Source: Phaeosaccion multiseriatum
Taxonomy: Eukaryota > Protista > Ochrophyta, other classes
Assembly: GCA_965112735.1 (NCBI GenBank)
Contig: OZ218950.1
Coordinates: 5,270,001-5,334,000, forward strand
Direction of reading: 5' to 3'
DNA: 64,000 nucleotides
Position numbers and translations under genes: made by a program. Below, in pieces: positions 27,001 to 39,000 of this stretch; the first letter of the stretch is position 1, and every line of letters begins with the position of its first letter. A model generated the notes under the pieces. That model made no database searches. It saw nothing but the letters and a program-made list of their open reading frames with translations, and was not told the DNA's origin.

Positions 27001-30000
27001 AGCACGGGAGGACGTGGCGGCATGGTGAGCCTGACGGCGGGCAGCGGCACCAGCGGCGCTGGCGGTCTGGTGCAGATGTATGCTGGCGTGAGCACGGTAC
27101 TGACGGGCGGTGTGGTGAGCATCGGGGGCGGCGAGGGCCGCGCGTCCACGAGCGGGTCTGTGACTGTGCGCTCTCTGAACGCTGGCACGGCTGGCACGAG
27201 TGGTCGTCTGGTGTTCAGCTCCGGCACGGCCAACTCCGGCAACAGCGGCGCCGTGCTCATCGGCAGCGGCGCCAGCACAGGAGGTCGTGGCGGCATGCTG
27301 AGCCTGACGGCGGGCAGCGGCACCAGCGGCGCTGGCGGTCTGGTGCAGATGTATGCTGGTGTGAGCACGGTACTGACGGGCGGTGTGGTGAGCATCGGAG
27401 GTGGCGAGGGCCGCACGTCCACAAGTGGGTCTGTGACTGTGCGCTCTCTGAACGCTGGCACGAAGGGTACGAGTGGTCGTCTGGTGTTCAGCTCCGGCAC
27501 GGCCAACTCCGGCAACAGCGGCGCCGTGCTCATCGGCAGCGGCGCCAGCACGGGAGGACGTGGCGGCATGGTGAGCCTGACGGCGGGCAGCGGCACCAGC
27601 GGCGCTGGCGGTCTGGTGCAGATGTATGCTGGTGTGAGCACGGTACTGACGGGCGGTGTGGTGAGCATCGGGGGCGGCGAGGGCCGCGCGTCCACGAGCG
27701 GGTCTGTGACTGTGCGCTCTCTGAACGCTGGCACGGCCGGCACGAGTGGTCGTCTGGTGTTCAGCTCCGGCACGGCCAACTCCGGCAACAGCGGCGCCGT
27801 GCTCATCGGCAGCGGCGCCAGCACGGGAGGGCGTGGCGGCATGGTGAGCCTGACGGCGGGCAGCGGCACCAGCGGCGCTGGCGGTCTGGTGCAGATGTAT
27901 GCTGGTGTGAGCACGGCCCTGACGGGCGGTGTGGTGAGCATCGGAGGTGGTGAGGGCCGCGCGTCCACGAGCGGGTCTGTGACTGTGCGCTCTCTGAACG
28001 CTGGCACGGCTGGTACGAGTGGTCGTCTGGTGTTCAGCTCCGGCACGGCCAACTCCGGCAACAGCGGCGCCGTGCTCATCGGCAGCGGCGCCAGCACGGG
28101 AGGACGTGGCGGCATGGTGAGCCTGACGGCGGGCAGCGGCACCAGCGGCGCTGGCGGTCTGGTGCAGATGTATGCTGGTGTGAGCACGGTACTGACGGGC
28201 GGTGTGGTGAGCATCGGGGGCGGCGAGGGCCGCGCGTCCACGAGCGGGTCTGTGACTGTGCGCTCTCTGAACGCTGGCACGGCTGGCACGAGTGGTCGTC
28301 TGGTGTTCAGCTCCGGCACGGCCAACTCCGGCAACAGCGGCGCCGTGCTCATCGGCAGCGGCGCCAGCACGGGAGGACGTGGCGGCATGCTGAGCCTGAC
28401 GGCGGGCAGCGGCACCAGCGGCGCTGGCGGTCTGGTGCAGATGTATGCTGGTGTGAGCACGGTACTGACGGGCGGTGTGGTGAGCATCGGGGGCGGCGAG
28501 GGCCGCGCGTCCACGAGCGGGTCTGTGACTGTGCGCTCTCTGAACGCTGGCACGGCTGGCTCGAGTGGTCGTCTGGTGTTCAGCTCCGGCACGGCCAACT
28601 CCGGCAACAGCGGCGCCGTGCTCATCGGCAGCGGCGCCAGCACGGGAGGACGTGGCGGCATGGTGAGCCTGACGGCGGGCAGCGGCACCAGCGGCGCTGG
28701 CGGTCTGGTGCAGATGTATGCTGGTGTGAGCACGGTACTGACGGGCGGTGTGGTGAGCATCGGGGGCGGCGAGGGCCGCGCGTCCACGAGCGGGTCTGTG
28801 ACTGTGCGCTCTCTGAACGCTGGCACGGCTGGCACGAGTGGTCGTCTGGTGTTCAGCTCCGGCACGGCCAACTCCGGCAACAGCGGCGCCGTGCTCATCG
28901 GCAGCGGCGCCAGCACGGGAGGACGTGGTGGCATGGTGAGCCTGACGGCGGGCAGCGGCACCAGCGGCGCTGGCGGTCTGGTGCAGATGTATGCTGGTGT
29001 GAGCACGGTACTGACGGGCGGTGTGGTGAGCATCGGGGGCGGCGAGGGTCGCGCGTCCACGAGCGGGTCTGTGACTGTGCGCTCTCTGAACGCTGGTGCG
29101 GCCGGCTCGAGTGGTCGTCTGGTGTTCAGCTCCGGCACGGCCAACTCCGGCAACAGCGGCGCCGTGCTCATCGGCAGCGGCGCCAGCACGGGAGGACGTG
29201 GCGGCATGGTGAGCCTGACGGCGGGCAGCGGCACCAGCGGCGCTGGCGGTCTGGTGCAGATGTATGCTGGCGTGAGCACGGCCCTGACGGGCGGTGTGGT
29301 GAGCATCGGGGGTGGTGAGGGCCGCGCGTCCACGAGCGGATCTGTGACTGTGCGCTCTCTGAACGCTGGCACGGCTGGCACGAGTGGTCGTCTGGTGTTC
29401 AGCTCCGGCACGGCCAACTCCGGCAACAGCGGCGCCGTGCTCATCGGCAGCGGCGCCAGCACGGGAGGACGTGGCGGCATGGTGAGCCTGACGGCGGGCA
29501 GCGGCACCAGCGGCGCTGGCGGTCTGGTGCAGATGTATGCTGGCGTGAGCACGGTACTGACGGGCGGTGTGGTGAGCATCGGGGGTGGTGAGGGCCGCGC
29601 GTCCACGAGCGGGTCTGTGACTGTGCGCTCTCTGAACGCTGGCACGGCCGGCTCGAGTGGTCGTCTGGTGTTCAGCTCCGGCACGGCCAACTCCGGCAAC
29701 AGCGGCGCCGTGCTCATCGGCAGCGGCGCCAGCACGGGAGGACGTGGCGGCATGGTGAGCCTGACGGCGGGCAGCGGCACCAGCGGCGCTGGCGGTCTGG
29801 TGCAGATGTATGCTGGTGTGAGCACGGCCCTGACGGGCGGTGTGGTGAGCATCGGGGGCGGCGAGGGCCGCGCGTCCACGAGCGGGTCTGTGACTGTGCG
29901 CTCTCTGAACGCTGGCACGGCTGGCACGAGTGGTCGTCTGGTGTTCAGCTCCGGCACGGCCAACTCCGGCAACAGCGGCGCCGTGCTCATCGGCAGCGGC

Positions 30001-33000
30001 GCCAGCACGGGAGGACGTGGCGGCATGCTGAGCCTGACGGCGGGCAGCGGCACCAGCGGCGCTGGCGGTCTGGTGCAGATGTATGCTGGTGTGAGCACGG
30101 TACTGACGGGCGGTGTGGTGAGCATCGGGGGCGGCGAGGGCCGCGCGTCCACGAGCGGGTCTGTGACTGTGCGCTCTCTGAACGCTGGCACGAAGGGTAC
30201 GAGTGGTCGTCTGGTGTTCAGCTCCGGCACGGCCAACTCCGGCAACAGCGGCGCCGTGCTCATCGGCAGCGGCGCCAGCACGGGAGGACGTGGCGGCATG
30301 GTGAGCCTGACGGCGGGCAGCGGCACCAGCGGCGCTGGCGGGTCTGGTGCAGATGTATGCTGGTGTGAGCACGGTACTGACGGGCGGTGTGGTGAGCATC
30401 GGGGGCGGCGAGGGCCGCGCGTCCACGAGCGGGTCTGTGACTGTGCGCTCTCTGAACGCTGGCACGGCTGGTACGAGTGGTCGTCTGGTGTTCAGCTCCG
30501 GCACGGCCAACTCCGGCAACAGCGGCGCCGTGCTCATCGGCAGCGGCGCCAGCACGGGAGGACGTGGCGGCATGGTGAGCCTGACGGCGGGCAGCGGCAC
30601 CAGCGGCGCTGGCGGTCTGGTGCAGATGTATGCTGGTGTGAGCACGGTACTGACGGGCGGTGTGGTGAGCATCGGGGGCGGCGAGGGCCGCGCGTCCACG
30701 AGCGGGTCTGTGACTGTGCGCTCTCTGAACGCTGGCACGGCTGGCACGAGTGGTCGTCTGGTGTTCAGCTCCGGCACGGCCAACTCCGGCAACAGCGGCG
30801 CCGTGCTCATCGGCAGCGGCGCCAGCACGGGAGGACGTGGCGGCATGGTGAGCCTGACGGCGGGCAGCGGCACCAGCGGCGCTGGCGGTCTGGTGCAGAT
30901 GTATGCTGGTGTGAGCACGGCCCTGACGGGCGGTGTGGTGAGCATCGGGGGCGGCGAGGGCCGCGCGTCCACGAGCGGGTCTGTGACTGTGCGCTCTCTG
31001 AACGCTGGCACGGCTGGCACGAGTGGTCGTCTGGTGTTCAGCTCCGGCACGGCCAACTCCGGGCAACAGCGGCGCCGTGCTCATCGGCAGCGGCGCCAGC
31101 ACGGGAGGACGTGGGCGGCATGGTGAGCCTGACGGCGGGCAGCGGCACCAGCGGCGCTGGCGGTCTGGTGCAGATGTATGCTGGTGTGAGCACGGTACTG
31201 ACGGGCGGTGTGGTGAGCATCGGGGGCGGCGAGGGCCGCGCGTCCACGAGCGGGTCTGTGACTGTGCGCTCTCTGAACGCTGGCACGGCTGGCACGAGTG
31301 GTCGTCTGGTGTTCAGCTCCGGCACGGCCAACTCCGGCAACAGCGGCGCCGTGCTCATCGGCAGCGGCGCCAGCACGGGAGGACGTGGCGGCATGGTGAG
31401 CCTGACGGCGGGCAGCGGCACCAGCGGCGCTGGCGGTCTGGTGCAGATGTATGCTGGGTGTGAGCACGGCCCTGACGGGCGGTGTGGTGAGCATCGGGGG
31501 CGGCGAGGGCCGCGCGTCCACGAGCGGGTCTGTGACTGTGCGCTCTCTGAACGCTGGCACGGCTGGGCACGAGTGGTCGTCTGGTGTTCAGCTCCCGGCA
31601 CGGCCAACTCCGGCAACAGCGGCGCCGTGCTCATCGGCAGCGGCGCCAGCACGGGAGGACGTGGCGGCATGCTGAGCCTGACGGCGGGCAGCGGCACCAG
31701 CGGCGCTGGCGGTCTGGTGCAGATGTATGCTGGTGTGAGCACGGTACTGACGGGCGGTGTGGTGAGCATCGGGGGCGGCGAGGGCCGCGCGTCCACGAGC
31801 GGGTCTGTGACTGTGCGCTCTCTGAACGCTGGCACGGCTGGCACGAGTGGTCGTCTGGTGTTCAGCTCCGGCACGGCCAACTCCGGCAACAGCGGCGCCG
31901 TGCTCATCGGCAGCGGCGCCAGCACGGGAGGACGTGGCGGCATGGTGAGCCTGACGGCGGGCAGCGGCACCAGCGGCGCTGGCGGTCTGGTGCAGATGTA
32001 TGCTGGTGTGTGAGCACGGCTACTGACGGGCGGTGTGGTGAGCATCGGGGGGCGGCGAGGGCCGCGCGTCCACGAGCGGGTCTGTGACTGTGCGCTCTCT
32101 GAACGCTGGCACGGCTGGCACGAGTGGTCGTCTGGTGTTCAGCTCCGGCACGGCCAACTCCGGCAACAGCGGGCGCCGTGCTCATCGGCAGCGGCGCCAG
32201 CACGGGGAGGGCGTGGTGGCATGCTGAGCCTGACGGCGGGCAGCGGCACCAGCGGCGCTGGCGGTCTGGTGCAGATGTATGCTGGTGTGAGCACGGTACT
32301 GACGGGCGGTGTGGTGAGCATCGGGGGCGGCGAGGGCCGCGCGTCCACGAGCGGGTCTGTGACAGTGCGCTCTCTGAACGCTGGCACGGCTGGCTCGAGT
32401 GGTCGTCTGGTGTTCAGCTCCCGGCACGGCCAACTCCGGCAACAGCGGCGCCGTGCTCATCGGCAGCGGCGCCAGCACGGGAGGTCGTGGCGGCATGGTG
32501 AGCCTGACGGCGGGCAGCGGCACCAGCGGCGCTGGCGGTCTGCAGATGCAGATGTATGCTGGTGTGAGCACGGTACTGACGGGCGGTGTGGTGAGCATCG
32601 GGGGGGGCGGCGAGGGCCGCGCGTCCACGAGCGGGTCTGTGACTGTGCGCTCTCTGAACGCTGGCACGGCTGGCTCGAGTGGTCGTCTGGTGTTCAGCTC
32701 CGGCACGGCCAACTCCGGCAACAGCGGCGCCGTGCTCATCGGCAGCGGCGCCAGCACGGGGAGGACGTGGCGGCATGGTGAGCCTGACGGCGGGCAGCGG
32801 CACCAGCGGCGCTGGCGGTCTGGTGCAGATGTATGCTGGTGTGAGCACGGCTCTGACGGGCGGTGTGGTGAGCATCGGGGGCGGCGAGGGCCGCGCGTCC
32901 ACGAGCGGGTCTGTGACTGTGCGCTCTCTGAACGCTGGCACGGCTGGTACGAGTGGTCGTCTGGTGTTCAGCTCCGGCACGGCCAACTCCGGCAACAGCG

Positions 33001-36000
33001 GCGCCGTGCTCATCGGCAGCGGCGCCAGCACGGGAGGACGTGGCGGCATGGTGAGCCTGACGGCGGGCAGCGGCACCAGCGGCGCTGGCGGTCTGGTGCA
33101 GATGTATGCTGGTGTGAGCACGGTACTGACGGGCGGTGTGGTGAGCATCGGGGGCGGCGAGGGCCGCGCGTCCACGAGCGGGTCTGTGACTGTGCGCTCT
33201 CTGAACGCTGGCACGGCTGGCACGAGTGGTCGTCTGGTGTTCAGCTCCGGCACGGCCAACTCCGGCAACAGCGGCGCCGCCGTGCTCATCGGCAGCGGCG
33301 CCAGCACGGGAGGACGTGGCGGCATGCTGAGCCTGACGGCGGGCAGCGGCACCAGCGGCGCTGGTGGTCTGGTGCAGATGTATGCTGGTGTGAGCACGGC
33401 CCTGACGGGCGGGGTGGTGAGCATCGGGGGCGGCGAGGGCCGCGCGTCCACGAGCGGGTCTGTGACTGTGCGCTCTCTGAACGCTGGCACGGCCGGCACG
33501 AGTGGTCGTCTGGTGTTCAGCTCCGGCACGGCCAACTCCGGCAACAGCGGCGCCGTGCTCATCGGCAGCGGCGCCAGCACGGGAGGACGTGGCGGCATGG
33601 TGAGCCTGACGGCGGGCAGCGGCACCAGCGGCGCTGGCGGTCTGGTGCAGATGTATGCTGGTGTGAGCACGGGTACTGACGGGCGGTGTGGTGAGCATCG
33701 GGGGTGGCGGCGGGCCGCGCGTCCACGAGCGGGTCTGTGACTGTGCGCTCTCTGAACGCTGGCACGGCTGGTACGAGTGGTCGTCTGGTGTTCAGCTCCG
33801 GCACGGCCAACTCCGGCAACAGCGGCGCCGTGCTCATCGGCAGCGGCGCCAGCACGGGAGGACGTGGCGGCATGCTGAGCCTGACGGCGGGCAGCGGCAC
33901 CAGCGGCGCTGGCGGTCTGGTGCAGATGTATGCTGGTGTGAGCACGGTACTGACGGGCGGTGTGGTGAGCATCGGGGGCGGCGAGGGCCGCGCGTCCACG
34001 AGCGGGTCTGTGACTGTGCGCTCTCTGAACGCTGGCACGGCCGGCACGAGTGGTCGTCTGGTGTTCAGCTCCGGGCACGGCCAACTCCGGCAACAGCGGC
34101 GCCGTGCTCATCGGCAGCGGCGCCAGCACGGGAGGACGTGGCGGCATGCTGAGCCTGACGGCGGGCAGCGGCACCAGCGGCGCTGGCGGTCTGGTGCAGA
34201 TGTATGCTGGTGTGAGCACGGTACTGACGGGCGGTGTGGTGAGCATCGGGGGCGGCGAGGGCCGCGCGTCCACGAGCGGGTCTGTGACTGTGCGCTCTCT
34301 GAACGCTGGCACGGCTGGCACGAGTGGTCGTCTGGTGTTCAGCTCCGGCACGGCCAACTCCGGCAACAGCGGCGCCGTGCTCATCGGCAGCGGCGCCAGC
34401 ACGGGAGGACGTGGCGGCATGCTGAGCCTGACGGCGGGCAGCGGCACCAGCGGCGCTGGCGGTCTGGTGCAGATGTATGCTGGTGTGAGCACGGTACTGA
34501 CGGGCGGTGTGGTGAGCATCGGGGGCGGCGAGGGCCGCGCGTCCACGAGCGGGTCTGTGACTGTGCGCTCTCTGAACGCTGGCACGGCTGGCACGAGTGG
34601 TCGTCTGGTGTTCAGCTCCGGCACGGCCAACTCCGGCAACAGCGGCGCCGTGCTCATCGGCAGCGGCGCCAGCACGGGAGGACGTGGCGGCATGCTGAGC
34701 CTGACGGCGGGGCAGCGGCACCAGCGGCGCTGGCGGTCTGGTGCAGATGTATGCTGGTGTGAGCACGGTACTGACGGGCGGTGTGGTGAGCATCGGGGGC
34801 GGCGAGGGCCGCGCGTCCACGAGCGGGTCTGTGACTGTGCGCTCTCTGAACGCTGGCACGGCTGGCACGAGTGGTCGTCTGGTGTTCAGCTCCCGGCACG
34901 GCCAACTCCGGCAACAGCGGCGCCGTGCTCATCGGCAGCGGCGCCAGCACGGGAGGACGTGGCGGCATGGTGAGCCTGACGGCGGGCAGCGGCACCAGCG
35001 GCGCTGGCGGTCTGGTGCAGATGTATGCTGGTGTGAGCACGGTACTGACGGGGCGTGTGTGGTGAGCATCGGGGGCGGCGAGGGCCGCGCGTCCACGAGC
35101 GGGTCTGTGACTGTGCGCTCTCTGAACGCTGGCACGGCTGGCACGAGTGGTCGTCTGGTGTTCAGCTCCGGCACGGCCAACTCCGGCAACAGCGGGCGCC
35201 GTGCTCATCGGCAGCGGCGCCAGCACGGGAGGACGTGGCGGCATGGTGAGCCTGACGGCGGGCAGCGGCACCAGCGGCGCTGGCGGTCTGGTGCAGATGT
35301 ATGCTGGTGTGAGCACGGCTACTGACGGGCGGTGTGGTGAGCATCGGGGGCGGCGAGGGCCGCGCGTCCACGAGCGGGTCTGTGACTGTGCGCTCTCTGA
35401 ACGCTGGCACGGCTGGCACGAGTGGTCGTCTGGTGTTCAGCTCCGGCACGGCCAACTCCGGCAACAGCGGCGCCGTGCTCATCGGCAGCGGCGCCAGCAC
35501 GGGAGGACGTGGCGGCATGGTGAGCCTGACGGCGGGGCAGCGGCACCAGCGGCGCTGGCGGTCTGGTGCAGATGTATGCTGGTGTGAGCACGGCCCTGAC
35601 GGGCGGTGTGGTGAGCATCGGGGGGGGCGGCGAGGGGCCGCGCGTCCACGAGCGGGTCTGTGACTGTGCGCTCTCTGAACGCTGGCACGGCTGGTACGAG
35701 TGGTCGTCTGGTGTTCAGCTCCGGCACGGCCAACTCCGGCAACAGCGGCGCCGTGCTCATCGGCAGCGGCGCCAGCACGGGAGGACGTGGCGGCATGGTG
35801 AGCCTGACGGCGGGGCAGCGGGCACCAGCGGGCGCTGGCGGTCTGGTGCAGATGTATGCTGGTGTGAGCACGGCACTGACGGGCGGTGTGGTGAGCATCG
35901 GGGGGCGGTGAGGGCCGCGCGTCCACGAGCGGGTCTGTGACTGTGCGCTCTCTGAACGCTGGCACGGCGGGTACGAGTGGGTCGTCTGGTGTTCAGCTCC

Positions 36001-39000
36001 GGCACGGCCAACTCCGGCAACAGCGGCGCCGTGCTCATCGGCAGCGGCGCCAGCACGGGAGGACGTGGCGGCATGGTGAGCCTGACGGCGGGCAGCGGCA
36101 CCAGCGGCGCTGGCGGTCTGGTGCAGATGTATGCTGGTGTGAGCACGGTACTGACGGGCGGTGTGGTGAGCATCGGGGGCGGCGAGGGCCGCGCGTCCAC
36201 GAGCGGGTCTGTGACTGTGCGCTCTCTCTGAACGCTGGCACGGCTGGCACGAGTGGTCGTCTGGTGTTCAGCTCCGGCACGGCCAACTCCGGCAACAGCG
36301 GCGCCGTGCTCATCGGCAGCGGCGCCAGCACGGGAGGACGTGGCGGCATGGTGAGCCTGACGGCGGGCAGCGGCACCAGCGGCGCTGGCGGTCTGGTGCA
36401 GATGTATGCTGGTGTGAGCACGGTACTGACGGGCGGTGTGGTGAGCATCGGGGGCGGCGAGGGCCGCGCGTCCACGAGCGGGTCTGTGACTGTGCGCTCT
36501 CTGAACGCTGGCACGGCTGGCACGAGTGGTCGTCTGGTGTTCAGCTCCGGCACGGCCAACTCCGGCAACAGCGGCGCCGTGCTCATCGGCAGCGGCGCCA
36601 GCACGGGAGGGCGTGGCGGCATGCTGAGCCTGACGGCGGGCAGCGGCACCAGCGGCGCTGGCGGTCTGGTGCAGATGTATGCTGGTGTGAGCACGGCTCT
36701 GACAGGCGGTGTGGTGAGCATAGGGGGCGGTGAGGGCCGCGCGTCCACAAGCGGGTCTGTGACTGTGCGCTCTCTGAACGCTGGCACGGCTGGTACGAGT
36801 GGTCGTCTGGTGTTCAGCTCCGGCACGGCCAACTCCGGCAACAGCGGCGCCGTGCTCATCGGCAGCGGCGCCAGCACGGGAGGGCGTGGCGGCATGGTGA
36901 GCCTGACGGCGGGCAGCGGCACCAGCGGCGCTGGCGGTCTGGTGCAGATGTATGCTGGTGTGAGCACGGTACTGACGGGCGGTGTGGTGAGCATCGGGGG
37001 TGGCGAGGGCCGCGCGTCCACGAGCGGGTCTGTGACTGTGCGCTCTCTGAACGCTGGCACGGCTGGTACGAGTGGTCGTCTGGTGTTCAGCTCCGGCACG
37101 GCCAACTCCGGCAACAGCGGCGCCGTGCTCATCGGCAGCGGCGCCAGCACGGGAGGACGTGGCGGCATGCTGAGCCTGACGGCGGGCAGCGGCACCAGCG
37201 GCGCTGGCGGTCTGGTGCAGATGTATGCTGGTGTGAGCACGGGTACTGACGGGCGGTGTGGTGAGCATCGGGGGCGGCGAGGGCCGCGCGTCCACGAGCG
37301 GGTCTGTGACTGTGCGCTCTCTGAACGCTGGCACGGCACGAGTGGTCGTCTGGTGTTCAGCTCCGGCACGGCCAACTCCGGCAACAGCGGCGCCGTGCTC
37401 ATCGGCAGCGGCGCCAGCACGGGAGGACGTGGCGGCATGCGTGAGCCTGACGGCGGGCAGCGGCACCAGCGGCGCTGGCGGTCTGGTGCAGATGTATGCT
37501 GGGTGTGAGCACGGCCCTGACGGGCGGTGTGGTGAGCATCGGGGGCGGTGAGGGCCGCGCGTCCACGAGCGGGTCTGTGACTGTGCGCTCTCTGAACGCT
37601 GGCACGGCTGGCACGAGTGGTCGTCTGGTGTTCAGCTCCGGCACGGCCAACTCCGGCAACAGCGGCGCCGTGCTCATCGGCAGCGGCGCCAGCACGGGAG
37701 GACGTGGCGGCATGGTGAGCCTGACGGCGGGCAGCGGCACCAGCGGCGCTGGCGGTCTGGTGCAGATGTATGCTGGTGTGAGCACGGCCCTGACGGGCGG
37801 TGTGGTGAGCATCGGGGGCGGCGAGGGCCGCGCGTCCACGAGCGGGTCTGTGACTGTGCGCTCTCTGAACGCTGGCACGGCTGGCACGAGTGGTCGTCTG
37901 GTGTTCAGCTCCGGCACGGCCAACTCCGGCAACAGCGGCGCCGTGCTCATCGGCAGCGGCGCCAGCACGGGAGGACGTGGCGGCATGCTGAGCCTGACGG
38001 CGGGCAGCGGCACCAGCGGCGCTGGCGGTCTGGTGCAGATGTATGCTGGTGTGAGCACGGTACTGACGGGCGGTGTGGTGAGCATCGGGGGCGGCGAGGG
38101 CCGCGCGTCCACGAGCGGGTCTGTGACTGTGCGCTCTCTGAACGCTGGCACGGCTGGCACGAGTGGTCGTCTGGTGTTCAGCTCCGGCACGGCCAACTCC
38201 GGCAACAGCGGCGCCGTGCTCATCGGCAGCGGCGCCAGCACGGGAGGACGTGGCGGCATGCTGAGCCTGACGGCGGGCAGCGGCACCAGCGGCGCTGGCG
38301 GTCTGGTGCAGATGTATGCTGGTGTGAGCACGGTACTGACGGGCGGTGTGGTGAGCATCGGGGGCGGTGAGGGCCGCGCGTCCACGAGCGGGTCTGTGAC
38401 TGTGCGCTCTCTGAACGCTGGCACGGCTGGCACGAGTGGTCGTCTGGTGTTCAGCTCCGGCACGGCCAACTCCGGCAACAGCGGCGCCGTGCTCATCGGC
38501 AGCGGCGCCAGCACGGGAGGACGTGGCGGCATGCTGAGCCTGACGGCGGGCAGCGGCACCAGCGGCGCTGGCGGTCTGGTGCAGATGTATGCTGGCGTGA
38601 GCACGGCTCTGACGGGCGGTGTGGTGAGCATCGGGGGTGGCGAGGGCCGCGCGTCCACGAGCGGGTCTGTGACTGTGCGCTCTCTGAACGCTGGCACGGC
38701 TGGCACGAGTGGTCGTCTGGTGTTCAGCTCCGGCACGGCCAACTCCGGCAACAGCGGCGCCGTGCTCATCGGCAGCGGCGCCAGCACGGGAGGACGTGGC
38801 GGCATGCTGAGCCTGACGGCGGGCAGCGGCACCAGCGGCGCTGGCGGTCTGGTGCAGATGTATGCTGGTGTGAGCACGGTACTGACGGGCGGTGTGGTGA
38901 GCATCGGGGGCGGCGAGGGCCGCGCGTCCACGAGCGGGTCTGTGACTGTGCGCTCTCTGAACGCTGGCACGGCTGGTACGAGTGGTCGTCTGGTGTTCAG

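Noticed and set aside
26310-37500. Arg/His/Trp-rich + strand ORF segments (RRGPRVHERVCDCALSERWHG...) and the many short ORFs in this zone
   Set aside because: They are off-frame translations of the same repeat caused by the indels, not separate genes.
26304-37503. Programmed frameshifting, phase variation or a pseudogene
   Set aside because: The indels are numerous, clustered, mostly homopolymer insertions and include merged-allele strings. Both flanks (~26 kb and ~19 kb) are perfectly in frame. Consensus error is the simpler explanation, though reads are needed to exclude the alternatives.
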